Translations under genes and position numbers: made by a program | Notes under the pieces: generated by a model | Database searches by the model: none | What the model was told of the DNA's origin: nothing | Seen by the model: only the letters and a program-made list of their open reading frames with translations | Assembly (NCBI GenBank): GCA_964485795.1 | Contig: CAZAJQ010000005.1 | Location: forward strand, 4,678-68,677 | Source: an uncultured Gammaproteobacteria bacterium | GTDB taxonomy: Bacteria; Patescibacteriota; Patescibacteriia; VMEV01; CAZAJQ01 | Length of the DNA stretch: 64,000 bases | Direction: 5' to 3' | In this document: piece by piece, positions 56,238 to 64,000 of the stretch | Layout of the letters: each line of letters opens with the position of its first letter | Numbering within the stretch: the stretch's first letter is position 1

Positions 56238-57038
56238 ATGCTGCAAATCTTCGAATACGATTTCATGATACGCGCTTTCGCTGCCGGATCGCTCATCGCG
56301 GCAATCGCGCCCCTTATAGGTCATTTTCTCGTGATCAAGCGCTACTCCGTGCTGTCGGATACGCTTTCGCATGTCGCGCTCGCGGGCATCGCCCTCGGAT
56401 CATGGCTGCACATCGCACCGCTTTGGTCGGCTGTGGCGGCCTCGACGCTCGGAGCATGGGGACTTGAACATATCAAAAAAAAGGCGCATATCTTGGGTGA
56501 TGCGGCGCTCGCGGTGCTTCTCTCCGGGAGTTTGGCCATCAGCGCCGCGGTCATGAGTCTGACGGGAAATTTCAATGCCGGGTTCCTTTCTCTTCTTTTC
56601 GGCAGCATTGTCTCGGTGCGGATGATGGATATCGTCATTCTCGCGATATGGAGCTCTGCGGTAATCCTCTCGATGCAGCTCTTTTATCGACATCTCTTTG
56701 CCATATCCTTTGACGAAGAAATAGCCGAAGCCAAAGGAGTCTCGGCGCAAAAATGGAACCTCGGCCTTATACTGATCGCGGGCTATACCATCGTGTTTTC
56801 CATAAAAATGTTCGGAGCCCTTCTGATCGGCGCCTTGATGATATTGCCGACGATTACGGCTTTTCAGCTGGCTCGAAGCTTCCGCGCCTCATTGATACTC
56901 TCCTCGTTCATTTCCATAACCGCCACCATCATCGGAATATTCCTGTCATTTTACGGAAATATCGCCGCCAGCGCCGCTATCGTGCTCACGCTCCTTGTCT
57001 TTTTCATGCTCAGTTTCGCATCAAAAAAGTTTTCTTAA
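56238..57038 (+). CDS. znuB: Metal ABC transporter permease (ABC-3 family)
   Basis: 266 aa, about 8 TM. Follows znuA-znuC with 1-nt spacing. Confidence 0.8.
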   Translation: MLQIFEYDFMIRAFAAGSLIAAIAPLIGHFLVIKRYSVLSDTLSHVALAGIALGSWLHIAPLWSAVAASTLGAWGLEHIKKKAHILGDAALAVLLSGSLAISAAVMSLTGNFNAGFLSLLFGSIVSVRMMDIVILAIWSSAVILSMQLFYRHLFAISFDEEIAEAKGVSAQKWNLGLILIAGYTIVFSIKMFGALLIGALMILPTITAFQLARSFRASLILSSFISITATIIGIFLSFYGNIAASAAIVLTLLVFFMLSFASKKFS

Positions 57039-57166
57039 TGTTGCGGCGAACCTCTGTGTTCGCCAAACTTTAAAGTGTTTCGCCAATGTATTCGCACTTC
57101 TCAAGTGTGTTCGCCGCAACGAGTAAATGATATGCCGGCAAAAGCGACTCTATTCTGGGGTCGCTT

Positions 57167-57829
57167 TTAATTTTCACGTATATTACGGAAGGAATCAAGC
57201 CCTCCCGCAGACATCGCGAAAAGCCATATTCCCCCCAAAAAAAATCCGGCGAGAACGTCGCTTGCATAATGCACTCCGAGATATACCCTGCTCAGCCCGA
57301 TGAGAAAGATAAGCGCTGCGCAAAAAACGATAGCGCTTTTTTTCCGAAAACTCGACATAAAAATTCTTGAAGCCATGACAGCCAAAAACCCGTAAAAAAA
57401 CATCGACATCACAGCATGTCCGCTGGGAAAAGAAAAAAGATCCTCATTCACGAGAGCCCCAGATGCGTCCGGCCGCATGCGTCCGACAAAGATTTTCATG
57501 ATATACATCGATAAAGCGCTCGAAATCATGCCAAAGAAAAAGACCCACGCCGTATGACGATGATTATTGAAAAGCAAGAAAAAAAAGGTCACAAGCGTCG
57601 CAAACACGAGAAATTCGATATCCCCGAGCGTCGTGATCAATGTAAAAAAAATATTCATGCCATTGCTTCGAAATCGCAAAACAAACTCGGAAAGCATGAT
57701 ATCCGCATCCATGACGCGAAGAAAAATCGTATCTCGAAACAAGGTCAAAAATACGATGATACCCGCGACAAAAAGGCCGGTTATCAGAATCGGGAAAAAT
57801 CGCCGAACAAGATTTTTTCCTTTTGACAT
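57167..57829 (-). CDS. PAP2-family phosphatase (undecaprenyl-diphosphatase/BcrC-like)
   Basis: PAP2 motifs KIFVGRMRPD, PSGH and SRVYLGVHYASD. Confidence 0.8.
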   Translation of the reverse strand: MSKGKNLVRRFFPILITGLFVAGIIVFLTLFRDTIFLRVMDADIMLSEFVLRFRSNGMNIFFTLITTLGDIEFLVFATLVTFFFLLFNNHRHTAWVFFFGMISSALSMYIMKIFVGRMRPDASGALVNEDLFSFPSGHAVMSMFFYGFLAVMASRIFMSSFRKKSAIVFCAALIFLIGLSRVYLGVHYASDVLAGFFLGGIWLFAMSAGGLDSFRNIREN

Positions 57830-57872
57830 AACTTCAAATCATATCCACTATCATAGAGCAATGATTTTCGGA

Positions 57873-57916
57873 GGGGAAGGGTAGGGGCGGATCGCGACCC
57901 GCCCCTACCCTTCCCC
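57873..57916. repeat. Perfect 18-bp-arm GC-rich palindrome
   Basis: ggggaagggtaggggcgg-atcgcgac-ccgcccctacccttcccc, followed on the plus strand by a T-rich run. Confidence 0.6.
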
Positions 57917-58093
57917 TCTGTTTTCCATTTTAAAATCTTCTTTAACACCCAAAAACATTGACATAACTCTATATTGGGTTATAATACGAAGTTCTTGATT
58001 GTTTCTTTTATTTTCTTTTTTTAAAAAAAGGAGCTGCAGCATGTCCCAAACCAATCAAAAAGTTGTCTTGATCATCACTCATGGCGAAAAAAT

Positions 58094-58846
58094 TCACCGG
58101 GATATGCTCATATTTTGACAGCCATGCAGCGATGCGATTGGATATATTGATATTTTCTTTTTGAAAATCCGCACCTTTAAACTCAACAAATCATACTGTG
58201 AATGATAAAGAGGAGTATGCTCATCGGGATAGGTAATTTCAGCGATAGTATGATCTGTTTTTGAAAGCTTACCACCGCTTTGTATTAAAAGAGTCCTCAA
58301 ATACTCGGCACCAAAACGACCTATCGCCGCCGTAATCATCAACCCGGAACAAAATCTTCGATACTCTTGCAAAAAAACTTCCCATTTCTCCGGAGTGATA
58401 GACTTGCATGCTTCGAGCGATCGCAGAAATGTATCGGCAAACGAAAGATAGGTTTGTTTAAGGTCATCGATCCTTTCTCGAGAAATTATGAGCTGGCGTA
58501 TCGCTTCATAATAGGCGTCCAAATTTTCCCGATAATAAAATACATGTGCATCGGTCCCTTGTGATATGAGCGAAAGCTGTTCCAAAGGGACATGCACTCC
58601 AAAATCAGCATTATGATGATAATGCCCATAATTGGAAAGACATTGATGCCAAAAAGACATGTTTCGACTCACGGCAAGTTCCCATGGTTTGTTTTCAAAG
58701 TTAAATATTCTTTGCATCATATATTTCCCGGTGCTGGTAATGATATCATTTGACTTGATATTCAGACACTTCAAAAAAAGCTTATAATAATCCATTTGAT
58801 AAAAAGAATCAATCCATTCCAATCCTTTTTCTCCTCCCCAAAACAC
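58094..58846 (-). CDS. Hypothetical protein (250 aa, GTG start)
   Basis: Long uninterrupted ORF in a region where the plus strand is closed. No recognisable motifs. Confidence 0.5.
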   Translation of the reverse strand: MFWGGEKGLEWIDSFYQMDYYKLFLKCLNIKSNDIITSTGKYMMQRIFNFENKPWELAVSRNMSFWHQCLSNYGHYHHNADFGVHVPLEQLSLISQGTDAHVFYYRENLDAYYEAIRQLIISRERIDDLKQTYLSFADTFLRSLEACKSITPEKWEVFLQEYRRFCSGLMITAAIGRFGAEYLRTLLIQSGGKLSKTDHTIAEITYPDEHTPLYHSQYDLLSLKVRIFKKKISIYPIASLHGCQNMSISR

Positions 58847-58878
58847 GCTATAATATACGAAGACATTCTCCCTTTTTT

Positions 58879-60798
58879 ATGCTCAAAAAACACAAAAAAA
58901 AATTCATCTGGATCACCGTGATTCTCATTTTGGCTCTCATGGCCGGCGTCGGTGTTTGGCGATTCACAAGCAAAAAAGCGGTCGTCTATGAAACCGTCCC
59001 CGTCATCGAAGGACCCATCAAACAAACGGTATCCCTGACCGGAAAAGTCAAAGCATCCGAAATTTTGTCACTTACATTCGAGAAAACCGGAAAAATCGCT
59101 TCCATACCTGTCGAGGTGGGACAAAAGGTTCAAGAAAATGACATTCTCGCCGAGCTTGAAAACGCCGAGTTGCTGGCCGAAAAACAAAAAATCATAGCCG
59201 GCATTCAAAGCGCCAATGCGACGTTTCTGGAGCATCAGGCCGATCTCGATTATCAAAATGTCCGGCTTTCCGAAATCCTTTCCGGCGAAAGACCCGAAAG
59301 TATTCAAATCTACGCGACGAAGGTCCAAACCGCGAAAATCGCTTTTTCGGATGCCAAAAAAAATCTTACCGATACGAAAACCATGGCCGGATCCGAGCAG
59401 AAAAAAGCCGAGCAATCCTTGATTGACAGCCAAACGAAACTTCAAACCGTCATCGACAAAAACGCCACCGATCTTGCCAATGCATCCATCGGCGTCAAAG
59501 ACACTCTCTATGACGCGGCAGCGAGGCTAGAAAATGCCGTGAAAGCCAAGATAAACGATCTCTTCCGAAATCGGGAGACGAGTTCCCCGGAGCTTTCTTT
59601 CACGACCACCAATAACTCCGCGAAAAGCATGGTTGAAAGTCGCCTTATTTTTGACGCCGATTTTGCGGTTTTGGAAATGCAAAAAAAAGCGGCCGATCTT
59701 TCGAGTCAAAGCACGGAAAATGACTTTGATTTTGCGCTTATCAAATCTTTGGCCTTCATGGACACGGGGCGCGAACTGCTGTCCCAAATTTCCTTGGCGC
59801 TTGACGATGCGATCGGGCTTTCATCATCGACGCTTGGCGGATATCGGGACAAAATTTCCCTCGCCTTTGGAGATATCAATACGGCTGCCTCACAAATCAG
59901 CGCCAAGCAGCAAAGCATCGCCGCGCAAAAAACAATAAATGCCAATACTCTCGCCGTGGCGCAAAATGAGGTGAACCTTGCCATTTCGACGCTTTCCTTG
60001 ACCTTGACATCCAATCAAAGCAAGATCACGGCTGCGGAAACCAAGATCAATGAAACGGAAAATGCGCTTTTATCCGCTGAAAATGAACTTGCATTAAAAA
60101 CGGCGGGACCCACAAGCCAAGAAATAGACTTGCAAAAAGCTCGCATACGACAAACCGAGGCCAATATCGCTTCGCAGCGAGCCGTCATAGCGCAAAATCA
60201 AGCGCAGCTTGCAAATATCGAAGTTCAGCTCGAAAAAGCGACCATGAAATCCCCGTTTTCGGGATTGATCACGAAAATCGACAAAAAAAAAGGAGAAATC
60301 GTCGCTCCCAATGACGCGGTGATTTCCCTCATATCCGACGCTGAGTTTGAGATCGAAAGCAATATTCCCGAGGTGGATATCGCCACCATACGCATCGGAC
60401 AAAATGCGTCCGTAACGCTTGACGCCTATGGAAACGACATCGTATTTCCGGCGATCGTGATAAAAATAGATCCGGCGGAGACCATCATCGAAAACGTACC
60501 CACCTATTCGACCACTTTGCACTTTGTCGAAAAAGACGAACGCATCAGATCCGGCATGACGGCCAACATTGACATCATCACCGGTGAAAAAGACAGCGCC
60601 TTGCTGATTCCTCAGCGCGCCGTCTATTACCGCGGTGCGGAACGCTTTGTGCGTATTTTGGGAATCGCGCAAAAAAACCTTCGAATACCCCTCGAAATCA
60701 AGGTTACCACCGGCCTCCGAGGCGAAAGCGGCGAAATCGAAATCCTCTCCAGCCTCAAAAAAGACGATCCCGTCATACTGTTTTTTGAAGAAGAATAA
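58879..60798 (+). CDS. HlyD-family membrane fusion/periplasmic adaptor protein with an extended (about 400 aa) coiled coil
   Basis: N-terminal TM. Lipoyl/beta-barrel halves (VIEGPIKQTVSLTGKV ... ILAELE ... SPFSGLITKIDKKKGEIV ... LLIPQRAV). Confidence 0.75.
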   Translation: MLKKHKKKFIWITVILILALMAGVGVWRFTSKKAVVYETVPVIEGPIKQTVSLTGKVKASEILSLTFEKTGKIASIPVEVGQKVQENDILAELENAELLAEKQKIIAGIQSANATFLEHQADLDYQNVRLSEILSGERPESIQIYATKVQTAKIAFSDAKKNLTDTKTMAGSEQKKAEQSLIDSQTKLQTVIDKNATDLANASIGVKDTLYDAAARLENAVKAKINDLFRNRETSSPELSFTTTNNSAKSMVESRLIFDADFAVLEMQKKAADLSSQSTENDFDFALIKSLAFMDTGRELLSQISLALDDAIGLSSSTLGGYRDKISLAFGDINTAASQISAKQQSIAAQKTINANTLAVAQNEVNLAISTLSLTLTSNQSKITAAETKINETENALLSAENELALKTAGPTSQEIDLQKARIRQTEANIASQRAVIAQNQAQLANIEVQLEKATMKSPFSGLITKIDKKKGEIVAPNDAVISLISDAEFEIESNIPEVDIATIRIGQNASVTLDAYGNDIVFPAIVIKIDPAETIIENVPTYSTTLHFVEKDERIRSGMTANIDIITGEKDSALLIPQRAVYYRGAERFVRILGIAQKNLRIPLEIKVTTGLRGESGEIEILSSLKKDDPVILFFEEE

Positions 60799-60912
60799 CC
60801 TTCATCGCGTCACGAATTTACTGCCGCCAGACCATGACAGTGGCATGCTGGAAAAAAAACGGTAACGCCAGTCGCGATCGAAATGCCCGACGGCTTCTCA
60901 ACATCACGTCCC

Positions 60913-61629
60913 ATGTCCCTCATTCATGTCAAAAATCTCAAAAAAAGTTATGAAAACGATGGTGTATCCACCAAAGTGCTTTTTGGCATTACTTTTGCCA
61001 TAGAAAAAGGGGAATTCGTGGCCATCATGGGTCCATCCGGATCGGGAAAATCCACTTTGCTTCATATTTTGGGTTTTTTGGATCGTCCCAGCGAAGGGAA
61101 ATATCTCTTTGAAGCAAAAGACTCCGATGAATACTCCGATGAAGAAGCTTCTCATATTCGCAATAAAAAAATGGGATTTGTTTTTCAAACGTTCAACCTT
61201 CTCCCGAAAACCGATGTTTACGACAATGTCAAACTCCCTCTCATCTACTCCGACGTGAAAGAATCGGAGTGGCACACTCTGGTAAAGCAAGCCGTCGAAT
61301 CCGTCGGACTCACGCACCGCATGGATCATGAGCCTTCCCAGCTTTCCGGAGGTGAGCGGCAAAGGGTGGCCATCGCTCGCGCCCTCGTCAATCAGCCGGA
61401 AGTGATTTTTGCCGACGAACCCACGGGGAATCTCGATTCCAAATCCGGCCAACACGTCATGGAAATCCTCGAAAATCTCAATAAACGCAAAAAACACACC
61501 ATCATCCTCATCACTCATGAAACCAGCACCGCCGAACATGCTCACCGCATCATCCGTCTCAAAGACGGGCTCATACTCTCGGATACGAAAGTGAAAAATC
61601 ACCGCTACGCTGAGCATTTCTCAAAATAA
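60913..61629 (+). CDS. ABC transporter ATP-binding protein, MacB/LolD-like
   Basis: Walker A GPSGSGKSTLLHIL, signature LSGGERQRVAIARAL, Walker B IFADEPTGNLD. Start at the ATG at 60913. Confidence 0.85.
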   Translation: MSLIHVKNLKKSYENDGVSTKVLFGITFAIEKGEFVAIMGPSGSGKSTLLHILGFLDRPSEGKYLFEAKDSDEYSDEEASHIRNKKMGFVFQTFNLLPKTDVYDNVKLPLIYSDVKESEWHTLVKQAVESVGLTHRMDHEPSQLSGGERQRVAIARALVNQPEVIFADEPTGNLDSKSGQHVMEILENLNKRKKHTIILITHETSTAEHAHRIIRLKDGLILSDTKVKNHRYAEHFSK

Positions 61630-61700
61630 ACGATCAACCGGCCCGCCCTTCAAAGACCTGTCGCGGCAAATCTCCTTCTCTCCTTGAGACGGCACCCTCT

Positions 61701-62939
61701 ATGCGCTTCAAACATGTCGTAGCCACGTCGTGGCAATCCCTGACTTCAAATAAAACGCGAGCCACGCTCACGATGCTGGGTATCGTCATAGGCATTACAT
61801 CGCTCATCGTCATCATGTCGCTCGGAAAAGCCGCGAATATCGCCATCCTCTCGCAAGTCCAAGGAATCGGATCCAAATCCTTTATCATCGCCCCGGGTCG
61901 CGACGCTCCCGGACCCGCCGATTTCTCCGCGCTTTTTTTGGATTCTCTGAAAGAGCGCGAGCTTTTGGCCCTGCAAGAAAAAAAGAACGTCCCCACCTTA
62001 CTGGACATATCGCCCGATATTCTCGTACCGGGATCGGTTTCCGCCGGAAACGAGACCTATGGCGCCACGGTGGTCGGCACCGGAATATCGTTTCCGGGAA
62101 TTCTTGATATTTACCCCGATCAAGGACGATTTTTCGATCAACACGAGGTGGATACTTTCCAGCGTGTGGCGGTTATCGGGCATAAGGTGGAGCGCGAACT
62201 TTTCGCCAATGAAAGCGGACACAATAAAAAAATAAAAATCAAAGGCCAAAATTTTCAAGTCATCGGAGTTTTCAAATCATTGGGTACCATCGCTTTTTTC
62301 AATGTCGACGATGGTGTGCTTATCCCCTATTCATCCGCGCAAAAATACCTTACGGGTACGGATTACTACAACGAACTTTTCGCCCGCGCCGATTCCGAAC
62401 GAAACATCGAAAGAACCGTCAGAGATATCACTCTCACCCTGCGCGAATTGCATGGCATCACGGATCCGGACAAAGACGATTTTCACATTCACACCCAAGC
62501 CGATTTGCAAAAAAGCGTCGGTCAAATCACGTCCATCTTGACCCTCCTTCTCTCGGGCATCGCCGCCATATCGCTGATCGTCGGCGGCATCGGGATCATG
62601 AATATCATGTACGTTTCGGTGAAAGAGAGAACCCGTGAAATCGGCATACGAAAGGCCCTTGGAGCGACACGATCCGATATATTGCGCCAATTTCTTTTTG
62701 AAGCGGTTCTTCTCACCCTTGTCGGAGGGATCGTGGGGATGGTGCTTGGATTGGGAATCTCCTCTCTCAGCCTTTGGGGAATCTCCTCTTTTTCCGGACT
62801 GTCACTCCCTTGGGTTATTTCCGAATCATCTCTGCTTCTCGGGGTCGGAACTTCGGCGGCCATCGGGCTTTCCTTCGGCATATTTCCGGCGCGAAACGCC
62901 GCCATGCTCCCTCCCATGAGCGCCCTGCGATACGAATGA
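61701..62939 (+). CDS. ABC transporter permease, FtsX/MacB family with periplasmic domain
   Basis: 412 aa. N-terminal TM, large periplasmic domain, and three C-terminal TM helices with the conserved IGIMNIM.VSV.ERTREIGIRKA.GA motif. Confidence 0.8.
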   Translation: MRFKHVVATSWQSLTSNKTRATLTMLGIVIGITSLIVIMSLGKAANIAILSQVQGIGSKSFIIAPGRDAPGPADFSALFLDSLKERELLALQEKKNVPTLLDISPDILVPGSVSAGNETYGATVVGTGISFPGILDIYPDQGRFFDQHEVDTFQRVAVIGHKVERELFANESGHNKKIKIKGQNFQVIGVFKSLGTIAFFNVDDGVLIPYSSAQKYLTGTDYYNELFARADSERNIERTVRDITLTLRELHGITDPDKDDFHIHTQADLQKSVGQITSILTLLLSGIAAISLIVGGIGIMNIMYVSVKERTREIGIRKALGATRSDILRQFLFEAVLLTLVGGIVGMVLGLGISSLSLWGISSFSGLSLPWVISESSLLLGVGTSAAIGLSFGIFPARNAAMLPPMSALRYE

Positions 62940-62948
62940 TATTTCCAC

Positions 62949-64000
62949 ATGTCCGATCCGGAAAATTTCAAACATATGAAATGGAAACACCTTTTTTCGA
63001 CATCTTACGACGGTTTGAGAACCAATAAAAAAAGGTCATTTTTGACCATTTTGGGGATTGTCATCGGCGTCACATCCATCATTCTGATCATCGCAATGGG
63101 GGAGGCGGCGAAAAATCTCATCATCACCGAAATTCAGGGCATCGGCACCAAAACCCTCATCATCATTCCCGGACGGCAAATCAAAGGGCCTGCCGATATA
63201 GCGCAAACATTCGGTGATTCGCTCGGTGAGAAGGATCTGAAACTCTTGCAAAAAAAAGAATTGGTGCCGCATGCAAAAAAAATCATGCCCCTGCTCTTTG
63301 GCGCAAAGATAGCGTCGTTTCGAGGAGAAACCTATCAGGTGACCCTGCTTGGCGGATCGCAAGACATGCGCAGCATATTCAATCTAAAAACCGGTGAAGG
63401 CGATTTTTTTTCGGATGAAGATGTGTCGAAAAAAAATCAGGTGGCCGTCATCGGCGAAGAAGTGAAAAAAAATCTTTTTAAAAATGTTTCTCCGCTCGGA
63501 GAAAACGTGAGAATCGGGGAAAAAAAATTCACGGTGGTCGGTATTTTGCAAAGCAAAGGACAAGGATCGTTTGCGAATTTCGACGATTCCATTATCCTCC
63601 CGTATTCGAGCATGAAAGATTATATCCTCGGCATCGATTATTTCAATCGTATCGTGGTCGAAACCGACGATGAAAAAAATATCAGGGCCACGGTCGCGGA
63701 TCTCGAAATCACGCTGCGAAACGGTCATGGAATCACCGATCCGGAAAAGGACGATTTTTTCATCGAATCACCGACGAGCATCGCAAACCGGCTGAAAACA
63801 ATTACCGATACCCTCACCTTCTTTCTTGCGGCCGTTGCCGGCATTTCGCTTCTCGTGGGAGGCATCGGCATCATGAATATCATGCTCGTATCCGTCACCG
63901 AAAGAACTCAGGAAATAGGCCTGCGCAAAGCGCTCGGAGCCACTTCCAATATCGTATTGACGCAGTTTCTGCTCGAAGCCGTCATGATCACGTCTCTGGG
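62949..64000 (+). CDS. Second FtsX/MacB-family ABC permease (partial, continues beyond the window end)
   Basis: Manual translation from the ATG at 62949: MSDPENFKHMKWKHLFSTSYDGLRTNKKRSFLTILGIVIGVTSIILIIAMGEAAKNL...GGIGIMNIMLVSVTERTQEIGLRKALGAT... Paralog of the preceding gene. Not in the ORF track because it is open-ended. Confidence 0.75.
   Translation, partial: MSDPENFKHMKWKHLFSTSYDGLRTNKKRSFLTILGIVIGVTSIILIIAMGEAAKNLIITEIQGIGTKTLIIIPGRQIKGPADIAQTFGDSLGEKDLKLLQKKELVPHAKKIMPLLFGAKIASFRGETYQVTLLGGSQDMRSIFNLKTGEGDFFSDEDVSKKNQVAVIGEEVKKNLFKNVSPLGENVRIGEKKFTVVGILQSKGQGSFANFDDSIILPYSSMKDYILGIDYFNRIVVETDDEKNIRATVADLEITLRNGHGITDPEKDDFFIESPTSIANRLKTITDTLTFFLAAVAGISLLVGGIGIMNIMLVSVTERTQEIGLRKALGATSNIVLTQFLLEAVMITSL

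Overview
This 64-kb window looks like a small, streamlined bacterial genome read in the standard genetic code. I infer a Candidate Phyla Radiation (Patescibacteria-like) lineage because coding is dense, lysine-rich small proteins are common, a bacterial CDP-archaeol-synthase (CarS) homolog is present, and there is a giant surface protein.

Recognisable housekeeping genes:
- Translation: infB-rbfA-nrnA operon, tsaD-tsaE.
- DNA replication, repair and recombination: PolX, PolA, TopA, DprA, MutL, MutS, a MutY-like glycosylase, RuvB.
- Other: a FolC-like Mur ligase, an M20 peptidase, a PEBP/YbhB protein, a ZnuABC-type metal ABC importer, a PAP2 phosphatase, a GT28 (MGDG-synthase-like) glycosyltransferase, and an HlyD-adaptor/MacB-like ABC exporter operon.
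- Five tRNAs: Leu-TAA, Gly-GCC, Glu-TTC, Gly-TCC, and none others seen.

No rRNA, CRISPR array, transposase or integrase gene is visible.

The regions I would look at first:
1. A 9-kb gene (24246..33257, minus strand) encoding a 3003-aa multi-domain surface protein. It contains a perfectly identical tandem duplication with a 765-bp period. It sits in an apparent cell-envelope operon with a VanW-like protein, a DUF3006 protein, a GT-C glycosyltransferase and, after a tRNA-Glu, an O-antigen-ligase-like protein.
2. A family of dispersed GC-rich palindromic repeat elements with at least five copies. One copy is bounded by 25-bp terminal inverted repeats (MITE-like). One copy duplicates the 3' end of the M20 peptidase gene, and one is fused in-frame to the O-antigen ligase C-terminus.
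3. An AT-rich islet immediately downstream of tRNA-Gly(TCC), carrying a strongly promoted gene with tandem RpoA-C-terminal-domain-like HhH motifs.
4. A promoter-plus-terminator unit (candidate small RNA or riboswitch-like leader) upstream of an uncharacterised 355-aa protein.
5. A thioredoxin-like/CcdA-like redox operon with three small membrane or exported proteins.

All calls are from reading the sequence and the ORF translations; no database searches were run.
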